From the NCBI GenBank assembly GCA_036841525.1, contig DAITVZ010000011.1:534-64533 (forward strand): a stretch of DNA of 64,000 nucleotides, written 5' to 3'. Below are positions 36,386 to 45,411 of the stretch, piece by piece; position 1 is the first letter of the stretch; the number at the start of each line of letters is the position of its first letter. The position numbers and the translations under genes were made by a program. This DNA comes from Chloroflexota bacterium. Its GTDB lineage: Bacteria; Chloroflexota; Anaerolineae; JAAYEA01. The notes below the pieces were generated by a model, which was not told where the DNA came from, searched no databases, and saw only the letters and a list, made by a program, of their open reading frames with translations.

Positions 36386-37320
36386 GCCGCCTCCAGCCGC
36401 GACCCCACAAAGTCGCGCTGACCGCAGATGTAGGCCTCGCAGGCCATCGCCCGCTTTCCGGCAGGCTGCAGCTCCTCGATCAGCAGCGCGCCCTCGCCCG
36501 TCGCCACCGCGATCCCCTCGCTCACCTCCACCACCGTCCCCGGCTCTGCATCGCCGCGCCAGCCAGGCAGCGCCCTCGCCCGCACGATCTTGAGCATGCG
36601 GCCGCCGCAGCCGGTAAAGGTCCCCGGCCACGGGTCATAGGCGCGGACCATGCGCGCGATCTGGACCGCGGGCAGGCCCCAGGCGATGCAGCCCTCGCTC
36701 TTGTCCACCGGCCGGCAATAGGTGGCCAGCGCCTCGTCCTGGGGTTGCGGCTCGATCTCGCCCCCCAGCCAGCGGGGCAGCGTCTCCACCAACAGCTCCG
36801 CGCCCAGCGCGGCCAGCTTGCCCGTCAGCGATCCCGTCGTGTCCTGGTCCGTGATCGGCGCCCGCGCCTGGGCCAAGACCGGCCCAGTGTCCATGCCCCT
36901 ATCCATGAGCATGATCGTCACGCCGGTCTCGGACTCCCCCGCCAGGATCGCCGCCGTGATGGGCGAGGCGCCGCGGTATCGGGGCAGCAGCGAAGCGTGC
37001 ACGTTGAGACAGCCCCGCGCCGGAATCGCCAGCACGTTGGAGCGCAGGATCTGCCCAAAGGCAGCGACGACCACCACCTCCGGGGCGAGCTGACGCAGCT
37101 GATCCACCACCGCGGCGTTGCGCAGGGTGGGCGGCTGGAGCACGGTCAGGCCCGCAGCCAGCGCCGCTTCCTTGACGGGCGGCGCCGCCAACTGCCGCCG
37201 CCCCCGCCCGCCGCGACGATCGGGCTGCGTTACCACCGCTACCACCTCGTGGTGAGCAATAAGCGCCTCCAGCGTGGGCACGGCAAACTCGGGCGTTCCC
37301 ATGAACACGATCCGGGCCAT
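36382..37320 (-). CDS. fmt: methionyl-tRNA formyltransferase
   Basis: The motifs RIVFMGTPEFA and SLLPRYRGASPI are present, with a formyltransferase C-terminal domain. Confidence 0.9.
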   Translation of the reverse strand: MARIVFMGTPEFAVPTLEALIAHHEVVAVVTQPDRRGGRGRRQLAAPPVKEAALAAGLTVLQPPTLRNAAVVDQLRQLAPEVVVVAAFGQILRSNVLAIPARGCLNVHASLLPRYRGASPITAAILAGESETGVTIMLMDRGMDTGPVLAQARAPITDQDTTGSLTGKLAALGAELLVETLPRWLGGEIEPQPQDEALATYCRPVDKSEGCIAWGLPAVQIARMVRAYDPWPGTFTGCGGRMLKIVRARALPGWRGDAEPGTVVEVSEGIAVATGEGALLIEELQPAGKRAMACEAYICGQRDFVGSRLEAA

Positions 37321-37477
37321 CGGGGCCTCCATCCTCTGCTGATCTATCGATCCGCCTCATGCTAGCCCGATTGCCCGCTGGTGTCAAGCCCGGCGATTTG
37401 GCGGCAGCCGGCCTTGTGCGCTATACTTGCGCCGAGTCTCACCATCGGGCCGCTGCCACCGGGCGGGGAGCAAGCGC

Positions 37478-38281
37478 ATGTCGCCGGACCAGGTCAGGTT
37501 CCACATCGGCGCCCAGGGCTTTGGCGCCAGGGACTGGGTGGGGACGTTCTATCCGCCCCGCACCCAGTCCGGCAGCTATCTCGAGTTCTACGCGAGGGTG
37601 TTCGACACGGTAGAGATGAACACCACCTTTTACGCGATCCCCTCTCCCGCGCAGGTGCAAGAGTGGGCGGAGCGCACGCCGCCCGGCTTTGTCTTTACCG
37701 CCAAGCTGCCCAAAGCCATCACCCACGAAAAGCGGCTGGTGGATGCCGAAACCGAGCTGGGCTACTTTTGCCGCTCGGTGCGCGGCTTTGGCGCCAAGCT
37801 GGGCGCAGCGGTCATCCAGTTGCCGCCCTCCTTCTCGCGCGAGTCGCAGCCCGACCTGGAGCGCTTCCTGGCCCTGCTGCCGGAGGACATCCGCTTTGCC
37901 ATCGAGTTCCGCCACCGCTCCTGGCAGGCCCAGGAGGTCGTCGCCCTGTTGCGCGGACGGGGCCTCGCCTGGTGCATGAACGACTTTCGCGATCTGCCGC
38001 CGCTCACCGTCGCCACGGCCGATTTCGCCTATCTCCGACTGAACGGCTACCACGACGAGTTCGAGCGCATCACCCACGTGCAGCGCGACCGTTCCGGCGA
38101 GCTGGATCGGTGGGCGCAGGTGCTTCAAGATATGTCAAGCAGCATATCTCATGCATATATTTATGTGAACAACCACTATGCTGGGCACGCCCCGGCCACC
38201 ATCAACGACCTGCGGGAGCGGCTGGGGCTACCCCGCCGCGAGCCCCGCGACTATTGGACCCAGCAGCCCAGCCTGCTGTGA
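37478..38281 (+). CDS. DUF72 (YecE-like) family protein
   Basis: The pattern FHIGAQGFGARDWVGTFYP and the C-terminal AYIYVNN...GHAPA motif are present. Confidence 0.75.
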   Translation: MSPDQVRFHIGAQGFGARDWVGTFYPPRTQSGSYLEFYARVFDTVEMNTTFYAIPSPAQVQEWAERTPPGFVFTAKLPKAITHEKRLVDAETELGYFCRSVRGFGAKLGAAVIQLPPSFSRESQPDLERFLALLPEDIRFAIEFRHRSWQAQEVVALLRGRGLAWCMNDFRDLPPLTVATADFAYLRLNGYHDEFERITHVQRDRSGELDRWAQVLQDMSSSISHAYIYVNNHYAGHAPATINDLRERLGLPRREPRDYWTQQPSLL

Positions 38282-38306
38282 CGTCTACCAGCCCAAGGAG
38301 GCCCCC

Positions 38307-39074
38307 ATGTTAGTGCTTGGCATCGTCGGCAGCCCGCGCAAGGACGGCCGGACCAACCAACTGGTCGGCGCGGCCCTGGAAGGCGCCGCCTCGGTTGGCG
38401 CGCAGGTGCAGGCCGCCTACCTCGTGGACTATGCTATTCGCTCCTTCACCGGCAGCGGCGGCAGCTCCCAGGCCCTCACCTACTGCCCCGCCGAGTTGTC
38501 CGCCCTCTGCGCCCAGGCTGATGCGCTGGTCGTCGGCGCGCCGGTTTATTACGGCGACATCAATGGCCTCACCAAGGACTTTATGGACACCGTGCGCATC
38601 CCCAACGAGAACGGCAAGCCAGCCCTGGGCATCTCGATCGCCGGGGGCTCGGGTAAAGGGCTCCTCTCCGGCGTGCAGTCCATCTATCACTGGTTCTACC
38701 ACCGCCAGATGCGCGCCATCGACCCCACGCCGGTCTCGCGCTTCAACCTGGCCCAGGCGCTGGAGGGCCTCCGGGCCAGCGGCGCCCGGCTGGCCGAGCT
38801 GGCCCGCCATCCCCAGCCTTTCCCCGGCGCGGGTCGAGAGGATCGCTGGGCCGACGTGCTGGCGCACTATGCCACGCTCCCCTACCTGGACCGCGGCCCG
38901 GTGGACGAGTTCGTGCTGCTGGCCAGCCAGTTGATCGCCGCAGCCAGCGGCGCGCAGGCCGAATTGGCCCGCACGGAGCTGCTCCAGGCGCTGGGGCTGC
39001 TACAGGCGGGCGACCGCGCCCAGGCCGGGCGTCACGCTGTCAAGGCTTACGAGTTGCTCTATTACGCGGGGTAG
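38307..39074 (+). CDS. NAD(P)H-dependent FMN reductase/flavodoxin-like protein
   Basis: AAGGAGG SD. The N-terminus MLVLGIVGSPRKDGRT is typical of NADPH-dependent FMN reductases. Confidence 0.65.
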   Translation: MLVLGIVGSPRKDGRTNQLVGAALEGAASVGAQVQAAYLVDYAIRSFTGSGGSSQALTYCPAELSALCAQADALVVGAPVYYGDINGLTKDFMDTVRIPNENGKPALGISIAGGSGKGLLSGVQSIYHWFYHRQMRAIDPTPVSRFNLAQALEGLRASGARLAELARHPQPFPGAGREDRWADVLAHYATLPYLDRGPVDEFVLLASQLIAAASGAQAELARTELLQALGLLQAGDRAQAGRHAVKAYELLYYAG

Positions 39075-39078
39075 GCTC

Positions 39079-39648
39079 GTGATTCAGCCATCGGCCGCCT
39101 TGCCGAGCGGAGCCCTGGTTGAGGTCAGGGCTTTCACCTGGGCGCAGTGGCCCGCGCTTTGGGCGCTGCGCTTCGCCCAACTGGCCGAGCAGGGCATCCG
39201 TGTCGCAGACAGCCCTCCCGCCGCGCCTGACCTGGACAGCCCCTATGAAGTCGACTACCACCGCCTCGACCAGGTCTATCTGGCCGGGGCGGGAGGCTTC
39301 TGGCTCGCCTGGGCGGAAGGGGCTCCCGTCGGCCATGTCGGCGCGCGGGACTTGGGCGGCGGGGCCATCGAGCTGCGCCGCATGTACGTGCGGGCAGAGT
39401 ACCGGCGGCAAGGGATCGGCTCGCTGCTGGTCCGGACGCTCATCGCCCACTGCGCGGCCCGGGGCGCCGCGGCGATCGAGCTCTGGACCGCCCCCGCCGG
39501 CCCAGGGCGTTGGCTCTATGGCCAGCTGGGTTTCCGGCGGGCCGTAGCCCCTGGCCCCGAGTTCGCCGTCATACCGCCCAACGAGAACGAGATTCGGATG
39601 CGCCTTGACCTGGGCGCCCACAGCCAAGAGACAGGAGAACGGACATGA
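39079..39648 (+). CDS. GNAT family N-acetyltransferase
   Basis: GTG start. The RRQGIGS motif is present. Confidence 0.6.
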   Translation: MIQPSAALPSGALVEVRAFTWAQWPALWALRFAQLAEQGIRVADSPPAAPDLDSPYEVDYHRLDQVYLAGAGGFWLAWAEGAPVGHVGARDLGGGAIELRRMYVRAEYRRQGIGSLLVRTLIAHCAARGAAAIELWTAPAGPGRWLYGQLGFRRAVAPGPEFAVIPPNENEIRMRLDLGAHSQETGERT

Positions 39649-40457
39649 GGATCGGTATCCATGCATCCACGCCGGACACCGCCCAAGTGGTGCAGCTCTG
39701 CCGCGAGGTCGGCGTCCGCGACGTGATCTTGAGCGCCAGAGAGTTCTCCGCTGAGGATCCCCGCGGTGACATCGAGCGCGCCGTCGCGTCATTGGGAAAC
39801 CAGGGGATCAGCGTCGGCGCCATGATCGCGCCCAACCCCTCTCGCGAGGCGGTTCTGGGACAAGCGGAGGAGGAGGTGGCCAGCCTCTGCGCCCGACTGC
39901 GCGCCATCGGCGAGGCGGGGATCCAGGTGGCGCTCTTTTACCCGGTGGACCGCTTCCGCAACTATCTGGCCGAGTACCACCACACCAAGCCGCCGTTGGA
40001 GGTGATGCCCGGCGAGCCAGGCTGGGAGGGGATCGTCGCGTTCTTCCGACGCGTCTGCGACGTGGCCGAGGCCGCCGACCTGCGCCTGGCCTGCCACGTC
40101 TTTGCAGTGGAGATCATGCAGCGCATCATCCGCGAGACGAGCAGCCCCAACCTGGGCATCACCTACTGCACGGGCATGTACCAGTTCGGCAACGATCCTT
40201 ACGCTGGCGTCGAGCTGTTCGGCATCGAGCGGATCTTTCTCTGCCATGCCCGTAACATGCGCCGTCACGGGCCGGGCCGCCAGGGCCATGAGGAGGTTCC
40301 CCTGGACGCTGGGGATATCGACATGGGCCGCTACCTTCGTGTCCTGGCCGACGCGGGTTACCAGGGCCTGGTCGCCCCGGAGCATCTCGGCGCAGGCGGC
40401 AGCCTGAAGGACGCGGTCGCCTATCTCCAAGCGCTGCTGGCCGCCATCCAGAAGTAG
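39645..40457 (+). CDS. sugar phosphate isomerase/epimerase (xylose-isomerase-like TIM barrel)
   Basis: An ATGA overlap links it to the upstream gene. The fold is AP-endonuclease-2/XylA-like. Confidence 0.65.
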   Translation: MRIGIHASTPDTAQVVQLCREVGVRDVILSAREFSAEDPRGDIERAVASLGNQGISVGAMIAPNPSREAVLGQAEEEVASLCARLRAIGEAGIQVALFYPVDRFRNYLAEYHHTKPPLEVMPGEPGWEGIVAFFRRVCDVAEAADLRLACHVFAVEIMQRIIRETSSPNLGITYCTGMYQFGNDPYAGVELFGIERIFLCHARNMRRHGPGRQGHEEVPLDAGDIDMGRYLRVLADAGYQGLVAPEHLGAGGSLKDAVAYLQALLAAIQK

Positions 40458-40467
40458 CGCTGGCGGC

Positions 40468-41286
40468 CTAAACCGGCTGGTCGCGCGGGCTGAGCTGCGT
40501 GACCACGCCGCCATCCACGGCGAGGATCTGCCCCACGACATAGTCGGCATCCGGCGAGGCCAGGAAGGCCACCGCCGCGCCGATGTCTAGCGGCGTCCCC
40601 AGCCGCCGCGCCGGGACCCGGTTGGCCCACTCGTCCAGGCGCGGGTCGCCGGGAGGGTAGGGCCGTCCCACATAGATCGGCCCCGGGGCAATCGCGTTGA
40701 CCCGGATGCCGTACTCGATCAACTCGATGGCCATCGCCTGCGTCATCGAGTTGATGGCGCCCTTGGTCACATCGTAGGGCAGGCCGCGCCAGTGGGCGCG
40801 CAGGCCCCCAATGGAGCTGATGTTGATGATGCTCCCGCCGTGCCCGCCGTCGCGCATGATCTGGGCCGCGCGCACGGAGCAGAGGTAGGGGCCGCGGACG
40901 TTGGTGGCCAGGTGCTCATCCACCAGCCCGTCCGGCACCTCGAAGACGTGGTAGCGGCGCAGGTGGGCCGCGTTGTTGACCAACACATGCACCGTGCCGT
41001 ACGCGGCCAACGTCGCCTCAAAGAGCGTCGCGACCCCCTCTTCGGTGCTCAGGTCGGCGGGGACTGCCAGCGCCTCCGCGCCGACCGCCCGCAGTTGCTC
41101 AGTGGTCGCCTGCACCGTCTCCCGCGTCCGGCTGTTGATCACCACCTTCATCCCCTCCCGCGCCAGGCGCAGGGCGATCCCCTGCCCGATGCCCTGGCTG
41201 GAGCCGGTGACGATGGCCACCTGCCCCCGCAGCTCCGGGTAGCGCGGCGCCACCGCTTCCCACGCAGACGCAATGTCCAGTGCCAT
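40468..41286 (-). CDS. SDR family oxidoreductase
   Basis: The motifs TGSSQGIG and NNAA are present, together with the catalytic YxxxK (YDVTK). Confidence 0.8.
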   Translation of the reverse strand: MALDIASAWEAVAPRYPELRGQVAIVTGSSQGIGQGIALRLAREGMKVVINSRTRETVQATTEQLRAVGAEALAVPADLSTEEGVATLFEATLAAYGTVHVLVNNAAHLRRYHVFEVPDGLVDEHLATNVRGPYLCSVRAAQIMRDGGHGGSIINISSIGGLRAHWRGLPYDVTKGAINSMTQAMAIELIEYGIRVNAIAPGPIYVGRPYPPGDPRLDEWANRVPARRLGTPLDIGAAVAFLASPDADYVVGQILAVDGGVVTQLSPRDQPV

Positions 41287-41313
41287 AGACTCCTTCCCTC
41301 CCCTGCCACCCCG

Positions 41314-43260
41314 CTAGGCGCGGCGCAGCCTCTGCAGCTCCGCCGCCACCTCGGGCAGTCCCAGCTCGTCCAGCGTGGACGTCTCGGGCCAGCCCCGCTC
41401 CAGATCCCACCCACGCGCGGCATAGTACTCGTCCAGCAACCGCGCGAACCCCTCGGCGTCGATGGATGTCCCGTCGGCGCGGCAGGGCAGCCTGAAGTGC
41501 GGCCCCAGCGCCTCCTCCCAGGCTCGCCCGCGCCCGGCCCGCGCCAGCAGCGCCCGCTCCAGGTTGAAAGCGCGCTCGGCGATGCGCGTGAGCTCTCCAT
41601 CGGCCAGCTCGACGCCCGTCACCGCCCGGAAGAGCCGATGGTGGAGGTACAGGTCGCCGCTGATGTCCTCCGCCTCCTCCCAATCGCGCCGCTCCTTCAG
41701 CGGCCGCATGATCTGGGGGAAACCAAAGTCGCAGATCGGGAAGCAGTCGATCAGCATGTGCTGGTTCTGGCTCCAGATGGCCACGGGCGCCTTGTTCTCA
41801 AAGGTCGGCTCCAGCGCGTCAGGATCCCCCCAGACCTTCTCCGAGAGGACGCGAAAGCGCCGCCGAGCCAGCTCGCGGTTGTCCAACAGGAAATCGGCGT
41901 ACATCAGCGAGCTCTGGTGCGTGCCGATGGTGGGATCGCGGCTGGCGCTGATGTGCATCATCGCCGAGATCACCCAGAAGGGCAGCGGCTCCTCGTCCCA
42001 GAACCGCCCCTCGCGGTGCGCGGGGAAACCAAAGTTGAACTCGAGCTCGCGTCCCAGCCGGATCAGCTCGTCGGGCAGCTCGCCCTCCAGCTCGTCCATG
42101 GCGCGACGAAGGTCGTCAGCCAGGACCGCCCCCAACCCCTCCCGCCGCGCCAACTGCCCCGTGAAGCTCAAGAACCAGTCCGCGTCGTCAGGGGCGATGG
42201 GAAAGCCTCGTATCTCCCGAATGCCCAACTCGGTGCAACGAATCAGCCAGGGCTGCATCACCAGCCGAAACCAGAGGTCGAGCCCCAGGTTGTTGCAGGC
42301 CTGGTGGAAGGCGTTCTCCTTCTCCACACCGAATCGAACGCCCTGGGGCACGGTCATCTCGGCGCTGCGATACTCGGTGGTCTCGACTCCCCGATCCTGC
42401 AAGTACACGCCGCCGATGCACACCCCCGGCGTGCGGCGCCCGTCGGGGGCGCGGCCATAAGTGTTCACCACATGGCAATCGAACGTGCAGGACTGGGTGC
42501 AGATCGGCTTGGGCGTGTTCTTGCCGTCCCGGGGGCTATAGACGCCCAGCACCGCCGGCGCTGGCGTGATGTTGAACCGCCCCGCGCCGATCACTTCGCG
42601 CAGCAGCTCGTCAGGCCGCGCCACCGTCACGCCCCCGGTGCCGCGCACGGCGATCGCCTTGAGGTTCTTGCTGCCCCACACCGCGCCAAAGCCGCTGTGC
42701 CCGGCAGCGTTCTCCTCAGCGTGCTGCACCGTGGCAAACCGGACCAGGTTCTCTCCCGCTGGGCCGATGGCGAGCACCTGCGCCCGCGAATCCACCCGGC
42801 CGCGCAGCGCCAGTTGCGTCTCCCTGGCCCCCTGGCCCCACAGCCCCGCGGCATCTTCCAGCTTGGCGACGCCATCGCGAATGACCAGGTACACCGGCTT
42901 GGGCGACCGGCCCCAGAGGATGATGCCGTCGTAGCCGGCGTACTTGAGCTCCGGGCCGAACCAGCCCCCGATGGTCGAGTGCGTATACCAGGGCCGGGGG
43001 TACGTGCGCGGCGAGATCCCGGTCATCACCGTGCGGCCCGTGGTCGGCGCCAGCGTGCCGGTGAGCGGGCCGGTCATGACGATGACGCGGTTCTCTGGGT
43101 CGAACGGCCCGGCCTCCGGCGGGATCTCGTCCCAAGCGACGCGCGCCGCCAGGCCCCGCCCCCCGATATAGTCCGCCGCATAGCGCATGGTGTCGCGTGT
43201 GCCGATCTCGCCGGTGGTCAGATTCACTTCCAGGAGCTTGCCCACCCATCCGAATGGCAT
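41314..43260 (-). CDS. aldehyde:ferredoxin oxidoreductase (tungsten-containing AOR family)
   Basis: The AOR N-terminal domain (LEVNLTTGEI...YIGGRG) and catalytic domains are present. GGGAGGG SD. The stop of the ferredoxin gene lies 1 nt upstream of the start. Confidence 0.8.
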   Translation of the reverse strand: MPFGWVGKLLEVNLTTGEIGTRDTMRYAADYIGGRGLAARVAWDEIPPEAGPFDPENRVIVMTGPLTGTLAPTTGRTVMTGISPRTYPRPWYTHSTIGGWFGPELKYAGYDGIILWGRSPKPVYLVIRDGVAKLEDAAGLWGQGARETQLALRGRVDSRAQVLAIGPAGENLVRFATVQHAEENAAGHSGFGAVWGSKNLKAIAVRGTGGVTVARPDELLREVIGAGRFNITPAPAVLGVYSPRDGKNTPKPICTQSCTFDCHVVNTYGRAPDGRRTPGVCIGGVYLQDRGVETTEYRSAEMTVPQGVRFGVEKENAFHQACNNLGLDLWFRLVMQPWLIRCTELGIREIRGFPIAPDDADWFLSFTGQLARREGLGAVLADDLRRAMDELEGELPDELIRLGRELEFNFGFPAHREGRFWDEEPLPFWVISAMMHISASRDPTIGTHQSSLMYADFLLDNRELARRRFRVLSEKVWGDPDALEPTFENKAPVAIWSQNQHMLIDCFPICDFGFPQIMRPLKERRDWEEAEDISGDLYLHHRLFRAVTGVELADGELTRIAERAFNLERALLARAGRGRAWEEALGPHFRLPCRADGTSIDAEGFARLLDEYYAARGWDLERGWPETSTLDELGLPEVAAELQRLRRA

Positions 43261-43261
43261 C

Positions 43262-43690
43262 TTAGCCCTCCCGTCCCGCTTCGAGCACGATGGCGCCCAC
43301 CGGGCACATCTTGGCGCACAGGGGACCCTCCGCGCGGCCAGCACACAGGTCGCACTTTAGGTAGCGGTCCGCCCCCTTGTGATTGGGGATGGCCCCATAG
43401 GGGCAGGCGTCCGCGCAACTGCCGCAGCGGATGCAAGCCTCATCGTCCAGAATGACCACGCCCCGCTCATCGAGGTGCATCGCGTCCGCCGGGCAGGCGT
43501 CCAGGCATTCCGGGTCCTCGCAGTGCTGGCAGATGACGATGGCGAACTCGTACCGGGCCATATCCTTCGCGATGGACAGCCGCGCCAGGCCCAGGTTGCA
43601 CTGCCCCTCGTGGGACAGCGAGCAGGCCAACGTGCAGGCCTGGCAATCGCGGCACAGACTGGAATCCGCTTTCAGCGGCGGCTTGAGCAT
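43262..43690 (-). CDS. 4Fe-4S ferredoxin-type electron-transfer protein (AOR partner)
   Basis: Four Cys clusters are present, including CRDCQACTLAC and CIRCGSCADACP. AGGAGG SD. Confidence 0.8.
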   Translation of the reverse strand: MLKPPLKADSSLCRDCQACTLACSLSHEGQCNLGLARLSIAKDMARYEFAIVICQHCEDPECLDACPADAMHLDERGVVILDDEACIRCGSCADACPYGAIPNHKGADRYLKCDLCAGRAEGPLCAKMCPVGAIVLEAGREG

Positions 43691-43721
43691 TAGCACTCCT
43701 CCTGGGGGACTCGACTCGCAC

Positions 43722-43749
43722 TTGCGCACCCGTCACATGCTGGTATGAT
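43722..43749 (+). promoter_or_regulatory. promoter TTGCGC-16-TGgTATGAT (extended -10) for the SDR gene at 43790
   Basis: Read directly. Confidence 0.5.
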
Positions 43750-43772
43750 ACGGGCATCATGCACCATGTCAA
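43745..43772 (-). promoter_or_regulatory. promoter TTGACA-16-TATCAT for the ferredoxin-AOR operon; its -10 overlaps the -10 of the divergent promoter
   Basis: On the minus strand the -35 corresponds to 43767-43772 and the -10 to 43745-43750. Confidence 0.6.
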
Positions 43773-43789
43773 ACGAGAGGGATCACGGT

Positions 43790-44521
43790 ATGGGACAGCT
43801 TGAGCACAAGGTAGCGATCGTCACCGGCGGGGGCAGCGGCATCGGCAAGGCCATCGCCGAAGCGTTTGTCCGCGAGGGTTGCGCGGTGACCATCGCCGGG
43901 CGCAACGCCAAGCGGCTGCGCGCCGCGGCAGAGGAGCTGCGCGCCGGCGGCGGCGAGGTCTGGGACGTGCCCACCGACGTCGTGCAGGAGGAGCAGGTCC
44001 AGGAGCTCTTTCGGCAGGTGATGGCGCGGCACGGGCGCCTGAATATCCTGGTCAACAGCTCGGGAGCGTTCGACGGCGGCCCATTGGAGGAACTGACGCT
44101 GGAGACCTGGAACAAGGTCATCGGCGCCAACCTGACCGGCCCCTTCCTCTGCACCCGCGAGGCGTTCCGCATCATGAAGCCCGCGGGCGGTGGCCGGATC
44201 ATCAACATCGGCAGCATCTCGGCGCAGCGCACCCGCATGAACAACGCCCCCTATACCTCCAGCAAGTTCGGCATCTGGGGCCTGACCCAATCGGCGGCCT
44301 TGGAGGGGCGGCCCTATGGCATCGCGGTGAGCTGCCTGCACCCCGGCAACACCGCGGTGGAGTGGCGGCTGGATGAGGGGATCGAGATGAACCGCGAGCC
44401 GATGGTCGCCCCGGAAGAGATGGCCCGCGTCGCGTTGCTCATGGCCACGTTGCCGCCGGAAGCCAACATGCTGGAGGCCATCGTCTTGCCCGTCAAGCAG
44501 CTCTACATCGGGCGCGGTTAG
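43790..44521 (+). CDS. SDR family oxidoreductase
   Basis: The motifs TGGGSGIGKA and NSSG are present, together with YTSSK. Confidence 0.8.
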   Translation: MGQLEHKVAIVTGGGSGIGKAIAEAFVREGCAVTIAGRNAKRLRAAAEELRAGGGEVWDVPTDVVQEEQVQELFRQVMARHGRLNILVNSSGAFDGGPLEELTLETWNKVIGANLTGPFLCTREAFRIMKPAGGGRIINIGSISAQRTRMNNAPYTSSKFGIWGLTQSAALEGRPYGIAVSCLHPGNTAVEWRLDEGIEMNREPMVAPEEMARVALLMATLPPEANMLEAIVLPVKQLYIGRG

Positions 44522-44531
44522 GGAGGAGCCC

Positions 44532-45350
44532 ATGAGGATCATCGACCCGCACGTGCATATCTGGACCCAGAGCCCGGCCTACCCCTTCTCCCCGGAGGAG
44601 AAGAACCCGCCGTCGAGCGAGGCCTCGGTAGAGATGCTGCTGGACCTGATGCGCGCCAATGGCGTGGATAGGACGGTCATCGTGCAGAGCATCCACTACC
44701 GCTGGGATAACCGCTATGTCGCCCACGCCCTGCGGACCTATCCCGGCGTCTTCATGGGCGTCTGCCGCGTGAACCCGCTGGACCCCGCCGCGCCGGACCA
44801 CCTGAGCCAGCGAGTGACGGAGGACGGCTTTCACGGCGTGCGCCTGAGCCCCGGCGTGGACGCGGCCAGCGATTGGTTTACCGGGCCGCTGATGGAGCCG
44901 CTCTTTGCCCGCGCCGAGGCGCTCGGCGTGCCCATGCTCATCCTCACCAAGCCGCCCCGCCTGCCCGACCTGGCGCGCCACCTGGAGCGCCACCCCGGCC
45001 TCGACGTCTGCATCGACCATATGGCCGACTGCGCGCTGGATCGGCCCGACCACCTGGCGCTCTTGCTCGACCTGGCCCGCTACCCCCGCGTTTATGTCAA
45101 AGTCAGCCACACCTGGGGGCTCTCCAGCCAGGCCTTCCCCTGGCGCGACGCCCACGACCAGGTAAAGCGGGTCTATCAGGCCTTTGGCGGTCAGCGCATC
45201 ATGTGGGGCACCGACTGGCCGGTCTCCTTGCAGCACACCACCTATGACAAGACCTTGGCGGTGGTGCGCGACGAGATGGACTTGTTCGCGCCGGAGGATC
45301 GTGAGTGGGTACTAGGCAGAACGGCGCTGCGGCTCTGGCCCTTTCCGTAG
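44532..45350 (+). CDS. amidohydrolase-2 family protein (aldonolactonase/decarboxylase-like)
   Basis: The N-terminal HxH (DPHVHIW) and other metal ligands are present; the protein is TIM-barrel amidohydrolase_2-like. Confidence 0.65.
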   Translation: MRIIDPHVHIWTQSPAYPFSPEEKNPPSSEASVEMLLDLMRANGVDRTVIVQSIHYRWDNRYVAHALRTYPGVFMGVCRVNPLDPAAPDHLSQRVTEDGFHGVRLSPGVDAASDWFTGPLMEPLFARAEALGVPMLILTKPPRLPDLARHLERHPGLDVCIDHMADCALDRPDHLALLLDLARYPRVYVKVSHTWGLSSQAFPWRDAHDQVKRVYQAFGGQRIMWGTDWPVSLQHTTYDKTLAVVRDEMDLFAPEDREWVLGRTALRLWPFP

Positions 45351-45365
45351 ATAAAGACGAGGCAG

Positions 45366-45396
45366 GGCGGGAGCGGCGCGACCCGCCGTTCCCGCC
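45366..45396. terminator. bidirectional terminator hairpin (13-bp GC stem)
   Basis: GGCGGGAGCGGCG cgacc CGCCGTTCCCGCC lies between convergent genes. Confidence 0.45.
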
Positions 45397-45411
45397 CCAT
45401 GCCGTTTGCCG

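Noticed and set aside
38118-38160. AT-rich, partially palindromic patch (GATATGTCAAGCAGCATATCTCATGCATATATTTATG) inside the DUF72 gene
   Set aside because: It encodes the conserved DUF72 C-terminal motif ...SHAYIYVNN..., which is rich in Tyr, Ile and Asn codons. The low GC reflects an amino-acid constraint rather than a regulatory or foreign element.
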